DNA of 64,000 nt from Rhodothermales bacterium (GTDB lineage Bacteria; Bacteroidota; Rhodothermia; Rhodothermales; VXPQ01). Location of the stretch: positions 32,001 through 96,000 of the forward strand of contig JBBDTI010000013.1 in the NCBI GenBank assembly GCA_040904565.1. Direction: 5' to 3'. Both the position numbers and the translations under genes were made by a program. Shown here piece by piece: positions 1 through 9,301 of this stretch (positions are counted from its first letter, which is position 1; each line of letters begins with the position of its first letter). The notes below the pieces were generated by a model. It had not been told where the DNA came from. It did not search any database and worked only from the letters and a program-made list of their open reading frames with translations.

Positions 1-142
1 CGGTCGCCATCGTTCAGTCGTAGTATCCTTCGGGGCCCGGCCCGTGCACGCTTCCTGCCCAGTCAGCCGGATCATCGACGTTCGTGAGGCGGTTGGATCG
101 ACCTATCGGCATAGACAGCGTAAACGACGCACAGGTATAAGG

Positions 143-673
143 ATGTACGGGAAATTGGGGGTGATTGTCCTGCTCATGATGTTCGTGTCGGCCTGTGCTG
201 GGCCGCGCGAAGTCGCCGAGCCGGTCGAAGAATCAGAGGTGCTGCCTTCTCCTGAGGTGCGCCTGTCAGCATATGAGGATTTCGACGCGTCACGCTATGA
301 AGAGCCTGAGCTCGGTCCGATGCCGCCCATCGAGCACGACGTCCCTGCGCGTTTGATGGAAGGGCGTGCGGACGAAGGTATTCGCCGCGAGCTGCAGGGC
401 CTGCGCGTGCAGATTCACTCGTCTCTAGAGAAGAGTGAAGCGGTCGAGGTCGAGGAGGAATTACAGGAGTGGCTCAGGTCGGAAAACGAGAATGAGGCGG
501 TCCCGTCCGCTCTGCGAGATCTCCCCATCTACGTGGTGTATATCCAGCCGTACTACCGCGTGCGCGTCGGCAATTTTACGTCTCGAGAGGCCGCGGACCG
601 CGTACGGCGCTACGTCGCCCGGCAGTTTCCGAATGCATTCATCGTACCCGATACCGTCGTGATTACGCGGTGA
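143..673 (+). CDS. SPOR-domain lipoprotein
   Basis: Signal peptide with lipobox (VSAC); C-terminal SPOR-like motif 'PYYRVRVGNF..REAA.......FPNAFIV'. ATG at 143 preferred over GTG at 44. Confidence 0.8.
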   Translation: MYGKLGVIVLLMMFVSACAGPREVAEPVEESEVLPSPEVRLSAYEDFDASRYEEPELGPMPPIEHDVPARLMEGRADEGIRRELQGLRVQIHSSLEKSEAVEVEEELQEWLRSENENEAVPSALRDLPIYVVYIQPYYRVRVGNFTSREAADRVRRYVARQFPNAFIVPDTVVITR

Positions 674-686
674 GTCTTTCCGACCG

Positions 687-1532
687 TCATCGAAGCGACT
701 CCTCGAGCGTCGTTGCCGCGTCGGTCTTTTCGTCTCTGTATTTTACGATGAGGGGGGCGTACACCGAAAGGCCGTGACGCTCGGCAAAGGGGCCGTTGGC
801 GGAGCGGGATCCCGGGATGATAACGGCGTTCTTCGGTACGTCGAGGGTCCCGTTTTCACCTCGCTGGATGGTGCGTTCGCGCACGAGATCGTAGATCTTC
901 GTCGAACCCGTCAAGACGACGCCGGGGGCAAGGACGGCGCCCCGGCGGACGTGGCAGCCTTCATAGATCCCGCAGCCACCACCCACGAAGACGTCGTCTT
1001 CGACGATCACGGGCATGGCGCCGACCGGCTCCAGAACGCCGCCGATCTGTACGGCGGCCGAGAGATGGACGCGCTTGCCGATCTGCGCGCAGCTGCCGAC
1101 GAGCGCGTGGGAATCGACCATGCTGCCTTCATCCACGTAGGCGCCGACGTTGACGTACATCGGCGGCATGCAGACGACGCCGGGTGCGAGGTAGGATCCC
1201 GTTCGAACGGATGAACCGCCCGGCACGATTCGAACCCCATGAGAACGATCGATCGGTTTGACCGGATAGGTATCCTTGTCGAAAAACGGGAATCGGCCTG
1301 ACGAGTAATCCGTCAGACTTCCCATTCGAAACCCGATCAGGATGGCGCTCTTGACCCAGCGGTGCACGGTCCAGTTGCCGTCGTCATTTGGCGACGCGGC
1401 TCGAATACGTCCGCTGTTGAGCGCGTCGATAGCGTCGTCGAATGTCGATCGTGCGTCTGCCGTGAGGTCGGCGGCCGGAACGTCGGCCCATTTCGCAACA
1501 CGCTGTTTGAGGTCGTGGATGGAGGATTCCAT
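687..1532 (-). CDS. dapD: 2,3,4,5-tetrahydropyridine-2,6-dicarboxylate N-succinyltransferase
   Basis: Hallmark motifs 'GVRIVPG', 'YVNVGAYVDEGSMVDS..LVGSCAQIGK.VHLS..V.IGGVLEP', 'IVKYRDEKT'. Confidence 0.93.
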   Translation of the reverse strand: MESSIHDLKQRVAKWADVPAADLTADARSTFDDAIDALNSGRIRAASPNDDGNWTVHRWVKSAILIGFRMGSLTDYSSGRFPFFDKDTYPVKPIDRSHGVRIVPGGSSVRTGSYLAPGVVCMPPMYVNVGAYVDEGSMVDSHALVGSCAQIGKRVHLSAAVQIGGVLEPVGAMPVIVEDDVFVGGGCGIYEGCHVRRGAVLAPGVVLTGSTKIYDLVRERTIQRGENGTLDVPKNAVIIPGSRSANGPFAERHGLSVYAPLIVKYRDEKTDAATTLEESLR

Positions 1533-1572
1533 GTATCGGTAATTCTACTTCTGGTGGACTGGAGTCGGACGA

Positions 1573-2091
1573 CTAGAGGCGGGCGATGGGTCCGATGCGT
1601 GAATGGGTCAGGATGGCTTTTCGCTCTTCGGCCGTGGGGCGCGACGGGCGGTCACGGTCGCAGGGCACCTGGCAGAGAAATCCGAGCGGTTCATCCTCGT
1701 CGGCTTGAAGCTGATGCCACGTCCGTGAGGGAATGTGGAGCAGGTCGAAAGTGCCGACGTCCGCCACCTCGTCGCCGACGATGACCCTCCCACGACCGCG
1801 AAGGATGACGACGGAATGCGGGTGATCGTGCCGCTCGAACGTGGAATGTCCAGCGGGCTCGATTTCGAAGTAGCGTAGTTCGCATGGCTGACCGTCCTCT
1901 TCCGTGAAGAGGGTCTGCCGCGTGACGTCGCGGAAGTGGGATCCTTCATTCTTGTACCGTTTCAGGGGCACGTCTTCCCATCGATAGTCCTCTTCCTCGC
2001 TACGAAACCTGCGAAGGCGTCCATGAAGCGCGTCAGTGGACGGGGTGGGGGCAGCAGCCGGCTGCCCGGAATGCTCGGAGGAGCCTTTCAT
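1573..2091 (-). CDS. Cupin-domain protein, candidate 1-methylthio-xylulose-5-phosphate methylsulfurylase
   Basis: Cupin motifs 'LRYFEIEPAGHSTFERHDHPHSV.ILRGRG' and 'IPSRTWHQL...EPLGFLC.V..DRDRP'; lies directly downstream of an RLP gene. Confidence 0.8.
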   Translation of the reverse strand: MKGSSEHSGQPAAAPTPSTDALHGRLRRFRSEEEDYRWEDVPLKRYKNEGSHFRDVTRQTLFTEEDGQPCELRYFEIEPAGHSTFERHDHPHSVVILRGRGRVIVGDEVADVGTFDLLHIPSRTWHQLQADEDEPLGFLCQVPCDRDRPSRPTAEERKAILTHSRIGPIARL

Positions 2092-2268
2092 TGTCGTATG
2101 CTCGTGTCCTGTGCTCGTGTGTGTGTGGTCGCGCCGTGCGATCGTGTTGCATCCCGCGGGATGGACGGTGGTATTGAACGTGCTGGGCGTATGGCGCCGT
2201 ACGTCCGGTTGTTCCTCCTCGCGGGTGTCCTGCCCATCATGATCTCGGTAAATCGTCCGCGGCTGCCT

Positions 2269-3381
2269 TCACGCCTCCGGTAAATCGTCTGCGGCTTCCT
2301 CCACACGTTCGGTAAACTGCCGCGTTTTTTGTCGCAGCCGGTCCCCGGCCTTCAGGAGTGAACCGCCGACCAGCAGGATGACGTCTCGGCCGAAGAACCG
2401 GACGAGTTCCGCCGCGCGATCCGCAGTCATTCCGCCGGCCGGAACCGGGAATGCGGGTTTGAGGCCAAGCCAGGGATTGCGTAAACGCTCGGCGATATCC
2501 CGGCAGACATCGGGCGAAAAGCTGAATCGTCCGCCGTAATTGGCGAAAATGACGGCGTCGGCCCCGAATAGCCGAAACAATTTACCGTAGATGGTCGCGG
2601 GCCGTATGGATGCGACACCTCCAAAGCTCGGATGAGCCAGCACAGGGAGGTCCATCTCGGAGCGAATCATTTCGTGAAACGTCGGCATCCCGATGAGCAT
2701 GGGGGCCATCATGACGGCTCGTACGCCCGCCTTCTGTGCCGCCGCCGCCTGGCGCTTCAGCTGGTCGGGCGTACCCGATAGGTTTGGTACGTACACGCAG
2801 GAACGCCCGGTCTGAGCCGCCGCCTCCTCGACGACGGCTTGACAGACGCGGACGCGTTCGTCGAACGGCGCAAAGGAATGGTCCGCCAGATAGTGGTCGT
2901 CCTTGACCAGGTCGATGCCTCCCATGGCGAGCTCTTTGCAGACGTGGGCCGTCTCCTTGAGCGTCATTCCGACTGGTTTCAGGGCGCTGCACGTTATCGG
3001 GCGTCGTTCGGCGTTCGTTAGACTACGCAGTCCGTCCACGCCGAAGCGCGGGCCCGGAAGCAGTTCCGTAACGCCGGCCGGCGGGGTGAAATCTACCAGC
3101 TTCACTCCTTCGTGCAAGGATGAATTGCCGAAAAGGACGTTCAAGAATTGGGCAGGATCGACGGAGGCTGTGACGAAGGGCAGTGCGAGCGTCGCCTGCA
3201 CTCCTCGGTCTGCACAGCTTTCGATCCGGACGACGCGGCCCATCATGTTGTCGCGGACGTGCGGGTATCGCTCGGCCACGGATCGGGGCGTCTCGATCGT
3301 TTGTTCGAGGAGGATCGCGTCGACGCGATCATCAAACGGACCGCTTCCGGTGATCTGGTAAACTGCTTCGAGATATTCCAT
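2269..3381 (-). CDS. RuBisCO-like protein (form IV, KDDH/DeepYkr-type), candidate MTRu-1P isomerase
   Basis: RuBisCO-fold motifs 'EQTIE', 'GPRFGVDGLR', 'SALKPVG', 'GGIDLVKDDH', 'YVPN', 'LAHPS', 'FPVPAGG', 'VGGSL'; 370 aa; the carboxylase KDDE motif is replaced by KDDH. Confidence 0.92.
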   Translation of the reverse strand: MEYLEAVYQITGSGPFDDRVDAILLEQTIETPRSVAERYPHVRDNMMGRVVRIESCADRGVQATLALPFVTASVDPAQFLNVLFGNSSLHEGVKLVDFTPPAGVTELLPGPRFGVDGLRSLTNAERRPITCSALKPVGMTLKETAHVCKELAMGGIDLVKDDHYLADHSFAPFDERVRVCQAVVEEAAAQTGRSCVYVPNLSGTPDQLKRQAAAAQKAGVRAVMMAPMLIGMPTFHEMIRSEMDLPVLAHPSFGGVASIRPATIYGKLFRLFGADAVIFANYGGRFSFSPDVCRDIAERLRNPWLGLKPAFPVPAGGMTADRAAELVRFFGRDVILLVGGSLLKAGDRLRQKTRQFTERVEEAADDLPEA

Positions 3382-3609
3382 CTTGTCACGATTACGTAAT
3401 ACGAAGGGCGCCGGTGCGCCGTAACGACCGGTGCGTAGTATGAATGCATCTCGCGGTACAGCCGAAAAGCCCGTGAGGTTCGTTCGAGCAGCAATACAAT
3501 CCAGGCTTCTGGGCCGCGGATGGTCGCTGCATCGATGGCCTCTGGGCCCGCGGGCGCGCCGTTACACAACACGCGTCGTACTCAATGAAAGGTAGAACGG
3601 ACGGATAGA

Positions 3610-3999
3610 ATGAACGAGCGGGATGCGCATCCGGAGTGGACCATGACCCACGATCTCGGGTTGATCTATCTGGCATTGACCCTGGGTGCGGATGAAGATC
3701 TCGATGAGGCGGAGTTGGACGCTATGACCAGCAAACTGGAACAGTGGCAGCCTGAAGGTACGCTGCCTATCGCGTCCATCTTGCACGAGGTGATTCTCAT
3801 GTATGTCGGCTCATCCGGGGAGCAGATGCTGGAGACGGCCATTGTCTCGTTGCGCGATCAGCTGCCGAAATTGTCCCGGATGGCAGTTCTCGGCGATCTG
3901 GCGGATCTGGCGTCGGCCGACGGTACCGTGGTCATGCAGGAAGTAGATTTCATCCAGCAGTTGGCGCGCGACTGGGATGTCGATCGGGACGTCCGCTAG
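3610..3999 (+). CDS. TerB-family (tellurite-resistance-like) helical protein
   Basis: 'AD.DLDEAE' and '[11 protein letters not shown]...E..FI..LA..W' pattern typical of TerB folds. Confidence 0.7.
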   Translation: MNERDAHPEWTMTHDLGLIYLALTLGADEDLDEAELDAMTSKLEQWQPEGTLPIASILHEVILMYVGSSGEQMLETAIVSLRDQLPKLSRMAVLGDLADLASADGTVVMQEVDFIQQLARDWDVDRDVR

Positions 4000-4766
4000 G
4001 CGTTTCGCAGTACCTCGGCCAGGTTGCCCCGGCTTTCGCCTACGCATGCCGCCCCGATGATACCCGCCTCGTTCATGAGCTCGGCCGTCATGAGCCTCGC
4101 GCGCGTTTTGAGGAGGTGGAGGTATTTAGCCGTCTTCTTGGGTTTGCTGACGCCCCCACCGAGTATGAAGGTGTCGATGTCGAGCAGCCGTTCCACGTGA
4201 TCCAGATATTCCTGTACACGCTCGGCCCACCCATCCCATCCGAGGTCGTTTTCTTTCCGGATGCGGTCGGAGGCGTAATGCTCGGCGACCATTCCATTAA
4301 GATACAGGTGGCCGAACTCCGTATTGGGAAGGAGGGCCCGGTTGTTGAAGAGGGCCGATCCGATTCCGGTACCAAACGTAAGTAGAAGGACGACTCCGCC
4401 CAGCTCTCTTCCGGCACCGAACCGCATCTCGGCCACAGCGGCAGCGTCGGCATCGTTGAGGACGGCGACCGGGCATCCGGTCGCGTTGGAAAAGAGCGCC
4501 GCGGCATCCGTACCGATCCAGGCTTGATCGATATTCGCCGCTGTCGTGGCCACGCCCTGTCTGACGCGGGCGGGGATGCAGCATCCGAGGGGTCCGGTCC
4601 AGCAGAAATGGCGGACGATAGCCGCCGTGATCTCGGCGACGGACGCCGGGTGGGCACCATCGGGCGTGGCGATTCGTTTACGCCGTGCCGTGAGTCGTCC
4701 GCTTTGCGTGTCGACGGGTGCACCTTTAATGCCGGATCCGCCGACATCGATGCCTAAGATTTCCAC
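3996..4766 (-). CDS. ppgK: Polyphosphate glucokinase (ROK family)
   Basis: '[15 protein letters not shown]', 'AANID..W', 'LNDADAA..AE', 'TFGTGIGSA', 'PNTEFGH', 'ILGGGVSK', 'NEAGIIGAA'. Confidence 0.9.
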   Translation of the reverse strand: MEILGIDVGGSGIKGAPVDTQSGRLTARRKRIATPDGAHPASVAEITAAIVRHFCWTGPLGCCIPARVRQGVATTAANIDQAWIGTDAAALFSNATGCPVAVLNDADAAAVAEMRFGAGRELGGVVLLLTFGTGIGSALFNNRALLPNTEFGHLYLNGMVAEHYASDRIRKENDLGWDGWAERVQEYLDHVERLLDIDTFILGGGVSKPKKTAKYLHLLKTRARLMTAELMNEAGIIGAACVGESRGNLAEVLRNA

Positions 4767-4931
4767 AGGAATGGAATCGGTTGGGAAGATGTTGGGCGAG
4801 GGGATGGTGATGGCAGCGTCAGTTTAATAGAGCGCGGCGCAACCGGCAAGCCTGAAGAGGGATGTATAGCCCCAGATCTATATATTGATGCGCGACCACA
4901 TTCGCTGGATTGTCACCAGATTCGAAAGGAG

Positions 4932-5075
4932 ATGAAACGATCGCTGCTGTGCCTGTTTCTGTTTATTGGATGCTTTGTGGGATCGTGTCAGTGCTCGGAT
5001 AAGCCGCCGGTTCCGCCGGTGGAAGATAGCCGGCAGGTAGAGGCCGGATCGTTGGTCGCCGATCCGGCGGTGTAA
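4932..5075 (+). CDS. Small (47 aa) lipoprotein-like hypothetical protein, absent from the ORF track
   Basis: Manual translation MKRSLLCLFLFIGCFVGSCQCSDKPPVPPVEDSRQVEAGSLVADPAV*: basic N-terminus, hydrophobic core, lipobox-like VGSC; AAAGGAG immediately upstream. Confidence 0.6.
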   Translation: MKRSLLCLFLFIGCFVGSCQCSDKPPVPPVEDSRQVEAGSLVADPAV

Positions 5076-5136
5076 CGATGGATGACGGTCAAAGCCCCGG
5101 CATCGCTTCTCCTGCGGCGTAGCTCATCCCGTTCCC

Positions 5137-7038
5137 ATGTACTTCTCCGACGACATTATCGATGCGGTTCGTTCGGCGTCTGACATTGTCGACGTCGTTG
5201 GGGACTACGTGCGCCTTAAGAAGCGCGGATCCAATTATTTCGGCCTGTGCCCGTTCCACAGTGAAAATACGCCGTCGTTCAGCGTAAACCCGGCGATGGG
5301 GATTTTCAAGTGTTTCGGTTGCGGGGCAGGGGGAGACGTGTTCCAGTTCGTCATGCGCGTCGAAGGCATGTCGTTTCCGGAAGCCGTGCGAACGCTTGCG
5401 GAGAAAGCGGGTGTAGAGCTGCCGGAAGAGGGGGCTTCCGACAGGGATCGAATTAGCGAGACGGAGGCCGTCTACAGTGCCCTCCGATTCGCTGCGCGGT
5501 ACTTTTACCACGAGTTAACGCAGACGAGCGGGGGGAGTGCGGCGTTGACGTACCTGCGTGATCGCGGGTTTTCGAAGGCCACTATTAAGGAGTTCGGGCT
5601 GGGCTTCGCACCAAATAGTTGGGATGCGCTTCTCGAGGCCGCGAAGCAGCAGCATATCACGGTCGAGGTGCTCGAACAGGCCGGTCTCGTGATCCAGCGG
5701 AACGACGAGAGCGGCTACTACGACCGATTCCGGGGGCGGCTCATCTTTCCGATACTCTCGCACGTCGGCAAAGTACTGGGCTTCGGAGGACGCATTATGG
5801 AGGCGTCCTCCGACCAGCCCAAGTACATCAACTCACCCGAGACCCGCGTCTATAACAAGAGCCGCGTACTGTACGGTCTCTATCAGGCGAAACATGCCAT
5901 TCGGAAGCAGGAGGAAGTGTTTCTTGTAGAGGGGTACACGGACGTCATCTCGCTTCACCAGGCCGGCATTAGAAATGTCGTGGCTTCGAGCGGTACGTCA
6001 CTTACGAGGGACCAGGTGACGCTGCTGGGCCGGTACGCCAAGCGGATCGTTCTCGTATTTGATGCCGACGCCGCTGGTACAGGGGCCGCGATGCGAGGCA
6101 TCGAGATCGTTATTCCCGAAGGAATGTCCGCGTACATTGTGACGCTACCGGAGGGGGAGGATCCGGATTCCTTCGCCCGTCGAGAAGATGTTTCGATGGA
6201 GGCCTATCTCGATGAGCATCGATCCGACTTCGTAACCTACCTTCACGAGGTCGCCCGGCTGGAGGGTCAGCTCGACACGCCGGAAGGTGAGGCGGAGAAC
6301 ATGCACGCGATCTTGAGGATTATCTCGAGCATGCCGGATCCTCTTATGAGGGAAACGTATCTGCGGCGAGCGAGCGACGTGCTGGACGTGCCGGAGGGTC
6401 GCCTCCACGACGTGATCGACGGTCTTACGCCGTCGCGTCGTGCCAACCGCCGGTCTCACATCTCGCGGTCTCCGCTGCCTCCGCAGCGTCCGCCCGACGT
6501 GTCGGACGTGCGCGAGCGGCGCCGGAAGAGGCGGCGGGAGATCGCACCGCATCCCTCAGAAAAGAAGCTGATTCGACTGATGCTCGAACACGGTTCGTCG
6601 ATGGTGGAGTTCATTCTGCGCAACATGGCCATCAATGAATTCACCGAAGGCCCCGTTCGGCTCACGGTGGAGCACTTTCTCGAACAGTACGAGGCGGGCA
6701 CGATCAATAGACGCGCCTTCCTGGAGGGCCAGTACGGTACGGAGGTGCAGGAGCTTGCGGCCGAGGTAGCCATGATTCGCCACGAGCCGTCGGAAAATTG
6801 GGAGCGAAAACAGCGGATAACCGTACCCAAGCTGGACGGGGATCCGTACGACGCGGCCGCCAGTGCGATGACGTATCTCAAGCTCGATCGCGTCGAGCGT
6901 GCGATTGAAGAGAAGAAGAAGGAGCAGTACGAGGCGCAATCACGCGGTGAGGATGTGGGACCGTTGCAGGCCGACATCATGGAGCTGCAGCAGCTTCAAG
7001 GTCGGATCCGCCGTCAGGAATTTCTGGAAGATGAATAG
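5137..7038 (+). CDS. dnaG: DNA primase
   Basis: Zn-finger 'CPFH.E.TPSF', 'FKCFGCG', 'DRFRGR.IFPI', 'KYINSPET', TOPRIM 'VEGYTDV', 'FDADAAG', 'DPD'. Confidence 0.98.
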   Translation: MYFSDDIIDAVRSASDIVDVVGDYVRLKKRGSNYFGLCPFHSENTPSFSVNPAMGIFKCFGCGAGGDVFQFVMRVEGMSFPEAVRTLAEKAGVELPEEGASDRDRISETEAVYSALRFAARYFYHELTQTSGGSAALTYLRDRGFSKATIKEFGLGFAPNSWDALLEAAKQQHITVEVLEQAGLVIQRNDESGYYDRFRGRLIFPILSHVGKVLGFGGRIMEASSDQPKYINSPETRVYNKSRVLYGLYQAKHAIRKQEEVFLVEGYTDVISLHQAGIRNVVASSGTSLTRDQVTLLGRYAKRIVLVFDADAAGTGAAMRGIEIVIPEGMSAYIVTLPEGEDPDSFARREDVSMEAYLDEHRSDFVTYLHEVARLEGQLDTPEGEAENMHAILRIISSMPDPLMRETYLRRASDVLDVPEGRLHDVIDGLTPSRRANRRSHISRSPLPPQRPPDVSDVRERRRKRRREIAPHPSEKKLIRLMLEHGSSMVEFILRNMAINEFTEGPVRLTVEHFLEQYEAGTINRRAFLEGQYGTEVQELAAEVAMIRHEPSENWERKQRITVPKLDGDPYDAAASAMTYLKLDRVERAIEEKKKEQYEAQSRGEDVGPLQADIMELQQLQGRIRRQEFLEDE

Positions 7039-7043
7039 GCGAC

Positions 7044-9263
7044 ATGCCGATGAACCGTAGCGTCTCCTCCATAGACAGGATGGATCTGAGCGGGGATGGA
7101 GCGCCTCCGCCGACGCCGGAGTTCGCCGTACCGACGGCGACGTCTCCGCGTGGCGTGCCGAAGGATGCCTCGTTGGAGCATCCCCATCTCTTCTTCAATC
7201 GCGAGCTCAGCTGGCTCGATTTCAACTGGCGGGTGCTCTACCAGGCCATCGACGAGCGTACGCCGCTCCTTGAACGGGTTCGGTTTCTGGCGATCACGTC
7301 TACGAACCTCGACGAGTTCTTTCGGAAGCGCATCGGCGGTCTCAAGAGACAGGCGGCCGCGGGAGTGCGAGCTCGCTCGCCGGAAGGTAGATCCGCGAAG
7401 GAACAGCTGGATCTGATCCGCGACGCCGTTCATCCGATGTATTCCACGATGAATGAAACGTGGGAGACGCGGCTGCGGCCGCGGCTGGCCGAGCAGGCGG
7501 GCGTACATATCGAATCGTACGATGCGCTCAGTTCCAGGCAGAAGGAACGTCTGCATCGTTACTTTCAGGCACACGTCTTCCCCATTCTTACGCCACTGGC
7601 CGTAGATCCGGGACATCCGTTTCCGTTCATATCGAATCTCAGCCTTTCCCTGGCCGTGATGCTGCGCCATCCAGCGCGCGGAACGGAGCATTTTGCTCGT
7701 TTGAAGGTGCCGACGAGCAAGGGACGGTGGGTGCCGCTGGAAGAACCGCATCATTACGTCCCTATCGAGCAGGTCATCAAGCACAACCTGCACGAGCTGT
7801 TCCGCGGCATGGAAATCGAGCATGCCAGCGCCTTCCAGATCACGCGCAACGCCGACATCCGTCGAGATGAAGAAGAGGCCGACGATCTCATCGAAATGAT
7901 GTCGGAAGAGCTGCGCGAGCGGCGCTTTGCTCCGGTCGTCCGACTGGAAGTCGAGCAGGACATGCCGTCCCGCATTCTGGATCTCCTCGTTCGGGAGCTC
8001 TCGCTTTCGCCGGAGGACGTATTTCGCAGCTCAGGGCTGATCGACCACTCGGACTGCGAGTTTTTCGCGGACCTTGACCATCCCGAACTCAAGTATGCGT
8101 CGTGGAGCCCGGTCACGCCCTCGCGTCTTCTCTTCGAGGGAGAATCGAAGGACGAACCCGACATTTTCAGCATTATTCGAAATGGTGATCTCCTCGTTCA
8201 CCATCCGTACGAGTCGTTCAGGTCGAGCGTACAGCGATTTGTCGAAGAAGCGGCCTACGATCCGGACGTCGTCGCCATAAAGCAGACGCTGTATCGGACG
8301 TCGGAAGAGTCGCCGATCGTTGAATCGCTCATTCGGGCCGCTGAACGAGGTAAGCAGGTCGCCGTGCTCGTCGAGGTCAAGGCTCGTTTCGACGAAGAGA
8401 ACAATATCGAATGGGGACAGATGCTCGAGAAGTCGGGCGTCCACGTGACGTACGGTCTCGTAGGCCTGAAAACGCACGCGAAGGTCACGCTCGTCATCCG
8501 GAAGGAGGAGGACGGTCTGCGCGCATACTGCCACCTGGGCACGGGTAACTACAATCCGAAAACGGCTCGGCTGTATACGGACGTGGGGCTATTTACCTGT
8601 GCGCCGGACATCGGATACGACGTCATCAACCTGTTCCACTATCTGACGGGTTACGCGCCGGAGCAGCATTACCAGAAACTTCTGGTCGCGCCTCGCGACA
8701 TGAGAAAGGCGTTCATCACGCTCGTTCGGCGTGAGATCGAGCATCAGCGCGCGCACGGCGATGGACGCATCATTGCAAAGATGAATTCGATCGACGACGT
8801 TCAGATGATCGGAGAGTTATATAGCGCGTCCAGGGAGGGCGTCCAGATAGATCTCATCGTCCGAGGTCACTGCCGGCTGCGGCCGCGGCTTCCGAACTTC
8901 AGTGAGAATATTCGGGTTCGCAGCATCATCGGCCGTTTTCTCGAGCACAGCCGGATTTTCTACTTCAAAAACAACGGGCGCTCGCTCGTATATCTGGGCA
9001 GCGCAGACTGGCAGCGGCGGAATCTGGATGATCGAGTCGAGGCCATCATTCCCGTCGTAGAACCGGACCTTCGTGATCGGTGTATCCACCTTCTCCAGAT
9101 GTATCTGGATGATAGGCGGCTGGCCTGGGACCTGGGTGCGGACGGTCGTTTCAAGCAGCTGCGACCGGAAACGGAAGCGCAGAAGGTGGGCGTTCAGGAG
9201 GCACTCATGCGGCGAGCGAGACAGCGCACCGACGAACTGGATGCGCCGTGGGACATCGAGTGA
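7044..9263 (+). CDS. ppk1: Polyphosphate kinase 1
   Basis: 'FFNRELSWLDFNWRVL', 'HPFPFISN', 'HHPYESF', 'KARFDEENN', 'LKTHAK', 'GTGNYN', 'GRFLEHSR', 'SADW..RNLD.RVE'. Confidence 0.98.
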   Translation: MPMNRSVSSIDRMDLSGDGAPPPTPEFAVPTATSPRGVPKDASLEHPHLFFNRELSWLDFNWRVLYQAIDERTPLLERVRFLAITSTNLDEFFRKRIGGLKRQAAAGVRARSPEGRSAKEQLDLIRDAVHPMYSTMNETWETRLRPRLAEQAGVHIESYDALSSRQKERLHRYFQAHVFPILTPLAVDPGHPFPFISNLSLSLAVMLRHPARGTEHFARLKVPTSKGRWVPLEEPHHYVPIEQVIKHNLHELFRGMEIEHASAFQITRNADIRRDEEEADDLIEMMSEELRERRFAPVVRLEVEQDMPSRILDLLVRELSLSPEDVFRSSGLIDHSDCEFFADLDHPELKYASWSPVTPSRLLFEGESKDEPDIFSIIRNGDLLVHHPYESFRSSVQRFVEEAAYDPDVVAIKQTLYRTSEESPIVESLIRAAERGKQVAVLVEVKARFDEENNIEWGQMLEKSGVHVTYGLVGLKTHAKVTLVIRKEEDGLRAYCHLGTGNYNPKTARLYTDVGLFTCAPDIGYDVINLFHYLTGYAPEQHYQKLLVAPRDMRKAFITLVRREIEHQRAHGDGRIIAKMNSIDDVQMIGELYSASREGVQIDLIVRGHCRLRPRLPNFSENIRVRSIIGRFLEHSRIFYFKNNGRSLVYLGSADWQRRNLDDRVEAIIPVVEPDLRDRCIHLLQMYLDDRRLAWDLGADGRFKQLRPETEAQKVGVQEALMRRARQRTDELDAPWDIE

Positions 9264-9301
9264 TGCGAAGCGGGGGCCCGGACTCCGCCGGGGAAACCGT
9301 T

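Noticed and set aside
2269-3381. RLP as evidence of Calvin-cycle CO2 fixation
   Set aside because: It lacks carboxylase residues (KDDH, no second Lys in KPK), and there is no rbcS or prk nearby.
3382-3609. Possible SAM riboswitch upstream of the RLP gene
   Set aside because: I could not find SAM-I core sequences by eye on the coding strand. An Infernal scan would be needed to exclude other classes.
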